Origin: Lama guanicoe | Lineage: Eukaryota | Assembly: GCA_013239625.1 (NCBI GenBank) | Contig: MU056050.1 | Location: 5,403,366-5,467,365 of the forward strand | Reading direction: 5' to 3' | Length of the DNA: 64,000 bases | Shown: positions 1 to 12,489 of the stretch, in pieces | How the letters are laid out: every line of letters begins with the position of its first letter | Position numbering within the stretch: the stretch's first letter is position 1 | Made by a program: the position numbers and the translations under genes | The notes under the pieces: model-generated | The model's database searches: none | What the model was told of the DNA's origin: nothing | The model's input: the letters and a program-made list of their open reading frames with translations, nothing else

Positions 1-2690
1 GATATTGATACAGAGACCTCTCTAGGTTTCAGTAAGGGTGTGCAGACAGTTCTGGCACAAGTTCCAGCTCACTGTGAGTCCATTTAGCCATTCAACGATA
101 CATTAGTCAGAAACCAGTGCCCAACTACATATTGGGCAGACATATTCGGCAATTAAAGGAACCCTCACATGGCTTATTTCACCAGTGAAGTAAAACCAAA
201 TCCAATGGGGACAGTCAAGAGAGAACCTCCGAAAGGGGCCCCCTCACTCTGGCAAGTATAGTAAATGTCCTCCCTTCCCCAACAAATGTCATTCTAAGGA
301 ACTGACATTGCAAAGATTAGTGTCGCGCTTAAAATACAGGAGTAGTGATATTCCCACTTAAATTACTAGTCTGGCCCATACAAAAAAACAAATTGGCCCT
401 AGAAGATGACTGCTAGAGTTGGAATACAACAAACTCAATCAAGTGTAGTCCCAAATGCATTTACTGTATCTGATATAGAATCTTTCCTAGACTAGATTAA
501 CATGGTCTGACATGCATTATATACAGTCACTCATCTGGATGTGATCTTTCCAACTCCATCAGTAGAAGTGTTAAAAGCCATCTTCATTCACATAGGAAAA
601 AACAACATCCATAGACATATGTCTCGTAACTTCTGTCGTAATACAGTACTAAGAGATCTACACTGTACACTTTGCAGTAAACCACACTGACTTACTATAC
701 TTATTACATACATCCCTCATGTTAACGAGAACAAATGTACAAGAAGTAGCATCTAGTTGTAGGTCTTAAAAAGACACGTGAGCTCCACAGGCTAGCAAAT
801 AAACACTCTAAAGATTCAGTGGCCTGAAACGTCAATGAAATTTTTAGATATTAAGTGGTCTGAAGCATGCCAAGTCATCCCGTCCAACATTCACCATGAA
901 GGAAAAAAGATAATACATGGCAGTCTTCTGGGTACACTATATTTCCATGCCTGTAGATTCTGCACAAATCCATTTTCCTAGTAACACAAAAAAGTGACAG
1001 CTTTCATTAAAACCCAGATGAGGAAAAAGTCAAACACTGGGTCTAAGTTGCAGAACAAGATATCCTCCTACATCTTGCATGTGATTCAACAAGTCCAACA
1101 TACTCATACGTGGTAAGAAAATATGCTATACAGCATTTATGGAAAACTCCAATTGAAAAATACCGATGGAAACTCTCAGAGTTCTATAGTAAAACCAAGC
1201 CTTCCCTGGTAGAGACTATATACTATTCAAAACACTGTTTCCGGAATGCTATTTGGATGTGTCAAAAACAGAGCACTTGAGAATGGAGCACAAACTGATC
1301 ATGCTGCCAGAACTACCCAACAGGACTGGGCTTCTGTCAGACTCACCAAGTCATAAGGTCAGGAGGCTCCAATAGCAATCCATTTAAAATTACAGTAGTA
1401 TAATCTAAGATTATATATATGAAGGGCCAGAGGACACAGGTGATTTGTACAATCAGGTACTCCAAATCTCAATGTCATAGATAAATGTTACAATAGCATT
1501 TCTCTTTAGCTCACACCTATGAACACATTGGTATGGATTTCCATATGGCAAACTGGCAGAGGATGCAAAAGGCTGAGATCACCTAATGAATAGAGAAGCT
1601 TGCTACATGGATAAAACAAACAAAAAAAGTATGTTCAGCACTACAACCCAATTCAGTCCTTGAACATAATGAGTGAAGTTAAATCATCTCAGTGAGGAGA
1701 GGTTCAAATAATATTCCTGGTCAACCACTTGTTTGGAAAGTGATATGGTCTGAGAATATAATACATACAGATTTATGAGCAGTGACCAATGAATTGGACA
1801 GTAAGTCAAGGGACTGGAAGAAATAAGATTGAAAGATCTTTGGAAGGACACAGAGAAGGAGCATGTAGGTGGACCTATGGGAATGAAAACAAAGTGAGTA
1901 GCATAATGGCAGTGATGGAAATTAAGCAAGGATTCAATGTTATGGGCTTCTGTTCTTCAAAGGTAATCTAACAAATGCTGCTGCCAAATATCCGATCTGG
2001 AAGCAACAGAAACCAATGCTGAGCCTTGATACAGCATTATCTCTCATAGAGACCCACTAGCCACTTTGTGTAAAAATTGATTATATTAGGTCTCTTCAAT
2101 CTTGAGAGGATATGTGATTCATTTTGATTGAAACTGACATGTATTCTGTGTATATAAGTTTATTTTTCCTGTCCGAAGATTCTTAAGCTAACACTATTAT
2201 TTGAAAATTTGCACAATGTTTATTATCCTAAAATGAGATTCCACCATAACGGTTCATTGAACAAACCTAACATGGATTCCACCACAAAAGTTCACTGGCC
2301 AAAGGGACCATTTTACAACATGGGGAATTTGGGAATGGAGCAAGACTATATGATCCACTAGTAGCATCCCATACTGCATATCCCACACTGCCATAGAATT
2401 ATAATATGACCCACAAAAGGTGTGGTCAAGGTGAAAGCTGGGAACTGGTACCTCCCAGGGTACTAGACACAACCAAAAGCAATAAATGTGATATAGTACT
2501 GTGTGACAGTTAGTTAAAATTCATGAGTCTGGGAATCAAGAAGTGAAAAGCAGGGATAACCACTCTTAACAATCACTCCAGTGACCCACTTGGAGAATTG
2601 TGCTTCTTGAAAGCTAAAAAATCATTGGTTTCTGCAAGTTTAGGGGACCTAGTGGCCACAGGAGTAATTCTTCCACCCACCAGAGAAAAT
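1..2690 (+). mobile_element. ERVL (HERVL/MLT2-type) internal region: decayed pol (RT, RNase H, integrase) and start of dUTPase
   Basis: About 350-500 is a degenerate match to ERVL RT 'SPFNSPIWPVQKTDGSWRMTVDYRKLNQVV...VPDVVSLLEQIN'. About 2560-2690 matches 'PLTITPSDPL...GLEVLVP.GG.LPP' upstream of the dUTPase. Many stops and frameshifts. Confidence 0.85.
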
Positions 2691-2756
2691 AGAAAGAATA
2701 TCCCTAGGGAGATGGGAATATTACAAAAGTAAAAAGTGAAATAATACAAGTAATTA

Positions 2757-4916
2757 CAGGCATACCACAGAGACATTGAATGTTTGACTTCAGATCATCA
2801 CAATAAAGTGAATATCACAATAAATTGAGTCATACTAGTTTTTTGCTTTCCCAGTGCATTAAAAGTTATCTTCCCATGATACTGTAATCTATTAAGAGTG
2901 CAATAGCATTTTATCTAAAAGCCCAATACACATACCTTAACTAAAAAATACTTTTTATTGCTAAAAAAAAGTTAACCATCATCTGAACCTTCAGTGAGTT
3001 GTAAAATCTTTGCTGTTTAATGGTCTTGCCTTGATGTTGATGGCTGCTGACTGATCAGGGTACTGGTTGCTGAAGTCTGGAGTAGCTGAGACAATTCCTT
3101 AAAATAAGACATGAAGGAATTTTCCCATGTCAACTGTTTCTCTCTTTCATGAACGATTTCTAGGCAGCCTGCCGTGCTGTTTGATAGCATTTTATCCACA
3201 GTAGAACTTCTTTAAAAATTGGAGTCAATCCTCTCAAACCCTGCCATTACTTTATTAGCTGAGTAAACAAAATATTAGAAATCCTTTGTTATCAGTTCAA
3301 CAATCTTCACAGCATCTTCACAAAGAAAAGTTTTCCATCTGAAGAAAATACTTTCTTTGTTCTTCCATAAGAAGCAAATCCTTATCCATTAGATTTTTAT
3401 TATGAGACGGTAGTAATTTAGTCACATCTTCAGGCTCTGTTTCTAATTCTGGTCCTCCTGCTATTTCCACTACATTTGCAGTGACTTCCACCACTGAAGT
3501 CTTGAACTAACCCTCAAAGTCATCCATGAGTTTTGTAATCAACTTCTTCCTAACTCCTGTTAATACAAATATTTTGACCTTTTCCAATGAACTCAAACAT
3601 TCTTAATGACATTTAGAATGGTAAATCCTTTCCAGAATATTTTCAATGTACTTTTCTCAAATCCTTCAGGGAAATCACTATTTATGGAAGCTATAGTTTA
3701 ATAAAATGAATTTCTTAGATAATAAGACTTGAAATTCAAAATGAATCCCTGGTCCACAGGCTGCAGAATGGGTGTTATGTTAACAGGCATGAAGATAATG
3801 TTAATTTCATTGTCTATCTCCACCAGACAGGTGCATTACCCATTATCAGCAGTATTTTTGAAGGAATCTTTTCTCTGAACAGTAGGTCTCAACCGTGGGT
3901 TAAAAATATTGAATAAACCCTGTAAACAGATGTGCTGTCATCTAGACTTTGTTGTTTCATAGAGCACAGGCAGAGTGGCTTTAGTATAATTCTTAAGAGC
4001 CTTAGGATTTTCTAAACGGTAAATGAGCACTGGCTTCAACTTCAAGTCACCAGCTACATTAGCACCTAATAAGAAAGTCAGCTTGTCCTTTGAAACTTTG
4101 AAGGCCGGCATTGACTTCTCTCTCACTACGAAAGTCCTAGGTGGCATCTTTTTTCCAACAGAAGGTTGTTTCATCTTCACTGAAAATCTGTTGTTTAGTG
4201 TAGCCACCTTCATTATCTTAGCTAGATCTTCTAAGTAATGCTGCAGCTTCTACATCAGAATTTGCTGCTTCACCTTGCACTTTTATGTTATGGAGATGGG
4301 TTCTTGCCTTAAATCTCTTGAAACAACCTCTGCTAGCTTCAAACTTCTCTTCTGCTTCTTCTTCATGACTCTCATCCTTCATAGAATTGAAGAGAGTTAG
4401 GACCTTGCTCTGGATTAGACTTCAGTTTAAGGGAATGTTGTGATCGGTTTCATTTTCTAACCATACAAAACTTTCTCCATATCAGCAAAAAGACTGTTTC
4501 ATTCTTGTATCATTTGTGTATTCACTGGAGTAGCAATTTTAATTTCTTTCAGAAATTTTCTTCTGCATGAAAAACTTGGCTAACTGTTTGGCACAACAGG
4601 CCTAACTTCCAGCTTTCAACATGCCTTCTTCACAAAGCTTAATCACTTCTACATTTTGATTTAAAGTGAGAGATGTGCAGCTATTAATTTCACTTGAATA
4701 CTTAGAAGCCATTATAAGGTTATTAACTGACCTAACTTCAATACTGTTGTGTCTCAGGAAACAGGGAGGCCTGAAGAGAGGGAGAGATGGGGAATGGCTG
4801 GACTGTGGAGCACTCACTACACACATATTTAATGATTAAGTTTTCACTTTACAGTGTTAAGGTTTGTGGTACCCCAAACAATTATAATAGTAACATCAAA
4901 GATCAATGATAACAGA
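2757..4916 (-). mobile_element. Tigger1 DNA transposon (pogo/Tc1-mariner), one end truncated
   Basis: TA at 2755-2756 is followed by the TIR CAGGCATACC at 2757. Minus-strand ORFs 3938-4213 (KKMPPRTFVVREKSMPAFKVSKDKLTFLLGANVAGDLKLKPVLIY) and 4602-4826 (SCTSLTLNQNVEVIKLCEEGMLKA) are Tigger transposase remnants. Confidence 0.95.
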
Positions 4917-7698
4917 CAGGAGATCAAGATAGCAGAGTAGGAGGATGAGGAACTCACTTTTCCTCATGAGTACTTCAAAAATACATCTACAGGTAAACCA
5001 ACTCTCACTGAAAATTGACTGGAGACTGGCAGAAAGACCCCTGTACAAATAAGGCTGTAACAAAAATCCACACAGATTCAGGTAGAGATCTGTGCTCCTG
5101 AGATGGGAATCAGAGGAAAAGGGGGATTACAAGGGTGGAAAGAGTCCCTGGGGAGTGAAAAGTTCAAGCCACACATTGGGCACTACAGCCTGGGATGTGA
5201 CAATGGGAAGCTGAGCCCTACTGGTTCATTCAGTGACCAGTGGGAATAACAGGAAGGCTGTGGGAAGCCTGGACTCTGCACACACGCTTGCTTGGTCCCT
5301 AAGCAGGACAGAGGGAGCAGACTGGGACTGCATGACTGGCTGGCCAATGTCATGTGACTTCCCCACTGCACAACAGCCTGACTCAAGTGAACATTCCCAT
5401 CCCACTTACTTCACAATGTCACTTGAAACCTTGGTGAGGGTGGCAGAGGTTGAGGGGAGAGCTCAGCTGTGAGAAACAAAGACAGCTCAGAACTTAAGTG
5501 GCATCTGAACAGGGTGGGAGCAGCCATTACTGGCACTTACAAAGGTAATGCATTAAATGACACCCTTTTCAGACTGCAACAGATAACTGTTTCCCTAATT
5601 ACATGGAGGCAGAGAAAGTTAATCAAAATGAAAAGACATAGGAATTTGTTTCATTTGAAATAGGAAAAGAAAACCCATGAAAAAACAACTAATGAAACAG
5701 ATATAAATAGTTTACAAGAAAAAATAATTCAAAGCACTATTAATAAAGAATGAGGATTTTTATAAGGAGCTAGAAAATAAAAAAGAACCTGTCAAAACTG
5801 AAGAATATAATAACTGAAGTGAGAAAAACCATAGAAGGAAGGACCAGAATAGGTGATGTAGAATTATTCATGAGTGATTTGGAAGATAGACTAATGGAAA
5901 TAACCTAATTAGAACTGCAGATAGAAAAGTAAATTTTAAAATGAGAAAAATTTAAGGGATCTGAGAGACAAAGTCAAGTGTATCAACATTAGAAAAAGAT
6001 ACCCAGGTACAGAAAGCACAGAGGATCCCAAACAAGATGAACCCAAAGATCTACACCAAGATGAAAAGAGAATTCTAAAGACAGCTAGAGACAGACATAG
6101 TGTCATACACAGTGAAATTCTGGTATGATCATCAGCCGATTTTTCTGTAGAAACTTTAAAGGCTAGAAGGGAGGGCCATAATATATTCAAAATGATGAAA
6201 GGAACATACACAAAACTTAGGATACTCTGCCTAAAAAGATTATCATTTAGAATTGAAGGATAAAGAACCTCTCAACAAGCAAAACTTAAGAGTTTATATG
6301 TGCCAAAACTATACTAAAAGCAATGTTAAATGGTTTTCTCAAAGGCAAAAAGAGAAGGCTATAAGAGCATGTAAGAATGTATAGGAAAGCAAAATTCCCA
6401 GTAGTAAAGGAAAATATACGATAAAGGCTGAGTATCAACAACTTAAATAAGGTAGTAAGAATACTAAAAAATAAAACATTATAAAATCAATGTTAAAATA
6501 ATCAGTAAAAGAATAAACATGAAGATATAAAATATGACACCAAAAAATACAAAATGCGGGGGAGAGGAGTATAAACTGTAAATCTTTTAGAATGTGTTTG
6601 AGCTTAAAGGACTATCTGTTTAAAACAAGTACATATAGTTAAAAGTCAACATATATGAACCCAACTGTAACCACAAATGAAAAATGTATGATAGACAGAA
6701 AAAACCAAAAACAAAGAAACACAAGCAAACCAATACAGAAAATACTCAACCTATATGGGAAAAAACTACTAAAAGAATGAAAGAACAGGGGAGAATTATA
6801 AAAACAACTGGAAAACAAGTAATAAAATGGTAATAAGTACATACCTATCAATAATTGCTTTCCATATCAATGGACTAACTCTTAAATCAAAAGACAGAGG
6901 GTGGCTGGTGGATAGAAGGAAAAAATACCAAGATCTATCTATATGCTGCTTACAATAGACTTACTTCAGAGCTACATACACACAGACTGAATGTGAGGGG
7001 ATGGAAAATGATATTTCATACAACTGGAAATGACAAGGAACAGGGGTAGCAATACTCATATTCGACAAAACAGGCTTAAAACAAAGTATGCAACAAAAGA
7101 CAAAAAAGGTCATTATATAATAATTAAGTTATCAATGTAAGAAGAGGATATTATCCATGCAACATCTATGCATCCAATACAGGAAAACACCTAAATGAAT
7201 ATATAAGGCAAATATTAACAGACATAAAGGAGACAATTGACAATAATACAATAATAGTATGGTACTTTAAAACCCAATTTACACCAATGGACAGAACATC
7301 CAGACAAAAAAAAAATCAATAAGGAAACAGTGGTCTTAAATGACACAATAGACCAGTTGGACTTACTAGATATCTATATGACATTTTACCCCCAAAAAGC
7401 AAAATAAACATTCTTTTCAATCTGCACATGGAACGTTCTACAGGATAGAACACATGCTATGAAGCAAAACAAGTCTCAACAAATTTAACTGAATAGAAAT
7501 TATATCAAGTTTACCTGAATAGAAATTATATCAAGAATTTTTTTCTATGACCATAACAATATGAAACAAGAAATTACTAAGAAGAATAAAAATGGGGAAA
7601 GGACAAACACACAGACAATAAACAACATCCTACTAAAAAAAAAAAACAATGTGTCAATGAAGAAATCAAAGAGGAAATCAGAAAATATCTCTTGACAG
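4917..7698 (+). mobile_element. LINE-1 5' part: 5'UTR, ORF1 with internal deletions, ORF2 endonuclease domain
   Basis: Starts with a CAAGATGGCG-like YY1 motif (caagatagca, ~4925). GC-rich UTR runs to ~5600, then A-rich ORF1. EN-domain DNA from ~6820 includes 'atatgctgcttacaatagacttacttcag' (ICCLQETH-like). Confidence 0.9.
7484..7535 (+). repeat. 26-bp tandem duplication inside L1 EN
   Basis: tttaactgaatagaaattatatcaag (7484-7509) followed by tttacctgaatagaaattatatcaag (7510-7535), 1 mismatch. Confidence 0.9.
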
Positions 7699-7699
7699 A

Positions 7700-9030
7700 T
7701 ACATTATCTCTATAGACTACCTTCTCAGAACTTCTTTTGCTGAATCTTATAAGTTTTTGTATATTGTGTTCCCTTTTTCATTTTCCTCAATTTTTTCTCT
7801 TTGGATTTTTTCTTGAATCCTTTTCTTATTCAAGAGTGCATTTTAAAATTTCCATGTATATTTGAATTTTCCAGATTATCTCCTCTTATTGATTTATAAT
7901 TTCATTTTATTATGTTTGAAAAATATACTTTATATAATTTCTATCTTTTGGAATTTTTTGAGACTTGTTTTTTGCCCTAACATATGATACATATTCAAAA
8001 ATATTCCATGTGAATTTTAGAAAAAATGTGTATTTGGCTACTGTTGAATGGATTGTTCTGTCTATGCCTGTTACAATTATTTGGTCTATAGCATTGTTTA
8101 AATCAACTGTTCCCTTATTGACTTTCTGTCTCCATAATATACCCATTGTAGAAAGTTGAGTATTAATGTCCCCAACTACTATTTTACTGTTATTTTCCTG
8201 GTAGTTCTATTTGCTTTTCCTTAATAAGTTTGGGTGCTCCAATATTGGGTAAATAAATATTAACAACTGTTTTGTCTTTTTTTATGGTTTAACTCTTTCA
8301 TAATTATATAATTACTTCTATCTCTTTTGACAATTTTTAACTTAAAGTATGTTTTATATCAGTATAGGTACCCCTGCTGTTTTTGATTATCATTTGACTG
8401 AAATATCTTTTTCCATCCCTTCAGTCTCACTGATTTTGTGTCCTTGAAGTTAAAATGAGTCTTTTGTATAAGTAGCTGTCACTGAATCTTGGTTTCTTGT
8501 TTGTTTTTAATGCATTCAGCCATTCTGTGCTTTGATTGGAGAATTTAATCCATTTACATTTACAGCAACATATATGAAGACTTATTATTGACATTTTGTT
8601 CATTATATTCAGAGTCATTTGTAGATTCCTTGTTTCTTCTTCCCTTTCTTTTTATGATTTGATAAATTCTTGTGATGTTATGCTTTGATTCCTTTATTAT
8701 ATTATTAATGTATCTATAAGAAGTTTTTTCCTTTGTGGTTATTATGGTTCTTCCATAAATTATTTTCTTTTTATAATATCATGTTTTGATAACATCAATA
8801 ATATACATAAACTTTATATTTTCACTTGACTCCTTGTCATCTTTTAGGTTACAGATGTTACAAATTACATTTTTATATTATATATCTAATAGCAAATTAT
8901 TATAGTAACATTTATTTTTAATACATTTGTTTTTTAACTTTTAAACTAGAATCATAAATGAATTATGTACCACCACTACAATATTAGAAAATCTGAATTT
9001 GACTATAGATTTATCACAACCAGTAAGTTT
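7700..9030 (-). mobile_element. LINE-1 fragment (inter-ORF region and ORF2 EN), antisense
   Basis: Abrupt switch to T-rich sequence. Minus ORF 7910-8146 'RQKVNKGTVDLNNAIDQI..TGIDRTIHSTVAKYTFF' is L1 EN. Confidence 0.9.
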
Positions 9031-9034
9031 TTAA

Positions 9035-9290
9035 ACAGTGGAATTTTGTTAGGGATTGTGTTGAATTTTATACATGGCCTTAGGTCACAAAGACATTTAG
9101 CAATATTAATTTATCAATATCTTATACTACTCAGTGTAGAGATCTTTCACCTCCTCAGCTAAATTATACTTCATATCTTACTTTTTACGCTATTGTGAAT
9201 TAGATTTTTTGTTATATCATTTTCATATATTTTGTTCCTAGTATAAATACAGCTGATTACTGTGTTCTGGTATTGTATCCTGCAACACTG
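9035..9290 (-). mobile_element. Short antisense LINE-1 ORF2 (RT-downstream) fragment
   Basis: 'ggaattttgttagggattgtgttgaattt' and 'tattgtatcctgcaacact' are typical antisense L1 ORF2 words. Confidence 0.65.
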
Positions 9291-12200
9291 GGGCCACTTG
9301 ACTTCTAGATTCTCCCAGCTAGTAAATGGGAATCCCACTGTATCATGCATCTCACCTGCATACACATCTGCACCCTGTGGCTGATTCACTTTCTGTACTC
9401 TCAATGACAGCAAAAACAAGCCTTGGCAGATAGCTAATAAGCACACCAAGAGGACTGGACTGAATCTTCAGGCCAGGTTGAGATAACAAACTTAAGTTTT
9501 ACCTCCATCCTTGGTAAAGAAAAAGGAGGTTGCCAGAAACTCAGAACCTGGCCGGGTGAATTTCAAAATTGAAAAAAGGCATACGAACTTAAGAAATGTG
9601 CAGCAAGAAGCATGGAGCAGGTCTATACATGGAATATCTGAGAAAGACTAAGGACCCCTATCTGTGCTGATGGAAGGCATTTCTCTTCTAAAGTCAGTCA
9701 GCAGAGCTGGAGGAGGTGACTGCTACTCCAAATATAAAGACAGACAAAAACACAAGACTTAAAGGGACATGGAAAGGCAAAGAAACATGACATCACTAAA
9801 GAATCAAAATACTCTTCCATTTACCAACTCCAAAGACAGATCAGCAATTTACCCAATATAAAATGCAATGAAAAATAGCTGTTTTATAAAAGCTCAATAA
9901 GCTATCAGAACACATAGAAAAGTAATTTAACAAAATCAGGAAATAATACATGAAGAAAATGAGAAGATTAACAAACAAATATAAGTCAAAAAATGGAAAT
10001 AGAAAATTTGGAGCTACAAAATAAAATAAATGCAATGAAAAATGCAATACAGAGCATCAACATGTGAAAAATCAAACAAAATAAAGAATCTATGAATTAC
10101 AGGATGCTTACTTTGAAATTATCCAGTCCAAATAGAACCAAAAACACAGAAATAAAAAAGTGAAGAAAAACTATATGATCAATGGTTTTATCATACCATG
10201 AGAAGAAATAACAAGTAAATTATATTATCATCTCATAAGGAAGAGAGGAAGAATTTGACAAAAAGCTTATGTAAATAAATAATGGATGAGAATTTCGCAT
10301 AACTGGGGTAAAATTTAGGTATCAATGTACAAGTTATTCATAAGTCACCAAAAAAACTTCAAAGAGATCATCTCCAAGATATATTGTAATAAAACAGTCA
10401 AAAATCAAAGATAAAGAGGGAAATTTAAAAGCAGCAAGAAAAATAAAGTTTGCAAATTACAAAGAAACTCTCACGAGATCATCAATTAATTTTTCATCAA
10501 AAAACTTATAGCCAAGGAGAGAATGGCATTATATATTCAAAATACTGAAAGAAAAAATGTCAACCAAGAATACTCTGAAAATAATGCCCTTCAAAAATGA
10601 AGGAGAGATAAAGAAATTCCCAGAGTAACAAAAACTGAAGGAATTCATTGCCCCAAGACCTGCCTTACAAGAAATGTTGAAAGGAATTCTTTAAACTGAA
10701 ATGAAGAAATGCTTTCTAGTTAGTAACATGAGAATACATGGAAATATATAAGACTGGTAATGGTAAGAACATAGGAAATTAAAAGATCAGAACAAAAATA
10801 AAGAAATAGAGACCAGAAAACAAATTCAGAATACTCTAGTTATGTAATATAGTGAAATATTAATGATTTAGTTTAGAATAAAGGTGAAATGTCTAGAAGT
10901 TTAAAAAATGACCATAGCATAAATAACTTATTGATAAAAACACAATACAAAAATAGATGAAATATGACATCAAAAAATAAAAGGAATGAATTAAAAAGGT
11001 AGAGTGCGTGTGTATAATCAAAAGTTAAACTGGCATAAGCTTAAAGGAGACTATTTTAAATAGTAGATGTTTTATGTGAGCCTCATGATAACCAGAAAGC
11101 AAAATTCCATACTAGAGTCACAAATGATGAAAAGAAGGGAATGAGAGCACACCATCATAGAAAATCAACAACTCTACAAAGGCAGACAAAAAGAGAAGAA
11201 AAAAGAAACAATGGAAATACAATACAACCAAAGAGGAATTAATAAAATGACATTAGTAAGTCATTACATTTCAATAATTACTCTATAATGTAAATGTATT
11301 GAGTCCTCCATTTAAAAGGCACAAAGATACTGGATGGAAAAATAATAGACACAACTGTATACTGCCTAAGAGAGACTATTCAACTTTTACGACACACATA
11401 GCTGGAATGTAAAGGGATGGAAAAAGACATTCTATGCAAGTAGAAACCAAATGAAGTGATGATACCAGTAACTATAACAGACAAAATAGGTTTTAAGCCA
11501 AAACTTTAATAAGAGACAAGAAAGTCATTACATAATAGTAAAGGGGTTATCTCATTAAAAATATCATAGTAATAAATATATAAGCACCCAACAACAGAAT
11601 ATACATAGTATGCAAATAGTAAGACAACTGAAGGGAGATACAGGCAATACAGTAATAGTAAAGGATTTTATATGCCAACTTCTGCAATGGGTAATTATCC
11701 AAACAAAAAACAAAAAACAAAAAATGAAATGTTGAACCTAAACTTTACCTTATATGAAATTAACCTAACAGACATGTATAGAACTTTTCATGCTACAGCA
11801 GCAGAATAAACATTTTTCTCAAGTGCATACAGATTATTTTCCAGAAAAGATCGCAACATAGGTCACAAACAAATTTAGCAAACTTAAGAAGACTGACATA
11901 ATACCAACTATCTTTTTTCAAATACAGTGGCATGAAACTAGAAATCAACAAAAGGAAAGATAGAAAATTTATAAACATTGTGAAGCTAAACAGTACTTGC
12001 TTGCAAAACCAATGGGACAAAGAAGAAAGCAAAAAGAAAAATTTTTAAATCTTGAAACAAAAGAAAATGTAAACATAAAACATCAAAACATATAAGATGC
12101 TGCAAAATCAGTTTTAGTGAGAAATTCAATGTGATAAATGCATATATTAAGAAAAAAGAAATACCTCAAAATAGACCTCTAAGTATTGTACAAGTTAGAA

Positions 12201-12485
12201 ATACAAGAAATTAAGCCCAAATTAGCAAAGAAAGGAAATTAAAAGATCAAAACAAAAATAGAGATCAGAAAATAGAAAAGATCAATAAAATTAATAGCTG
12301 TTTTTCTGAAATGATAAATAAAGTTGCCAAATTTTAACTACACTAAGTAAAAGAGACAAAATTTAATAAAATCAGAAATAAAAGAGGAGACATTACAATG
12401 TACACAACAAAAAATGCATAGGATCATAAGAGACTACTAGAAACAGTTATATGTTAAAAAATAGGATAACCTAAAAGAATTGATA
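9290..12485 (+). mobile_element. Older LINE-1: partial 5'UTR, ORF1, ORF2 EN and linker
   Basis: ORF1-like DNA ~9770-10700 (gaattcattgccccaagacctgccttacaagaaatgttgaaagg); EN from ~11250; degenerate. Confidence 0.85.
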
Positions 12486-12489
12486 GAAA

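Noticed and set aside
3017..4826. Domesticated TIGD/CENPB-like gene
   Set aside because: The transposase is broken into short ORFs by stops and frameshifts.
7700..9030. Twin-priming inversion of a single L1
   Set aside because: Both arms cover the same L1 segment and look diverged; twin priming gives non-overlapping parts of one copy.
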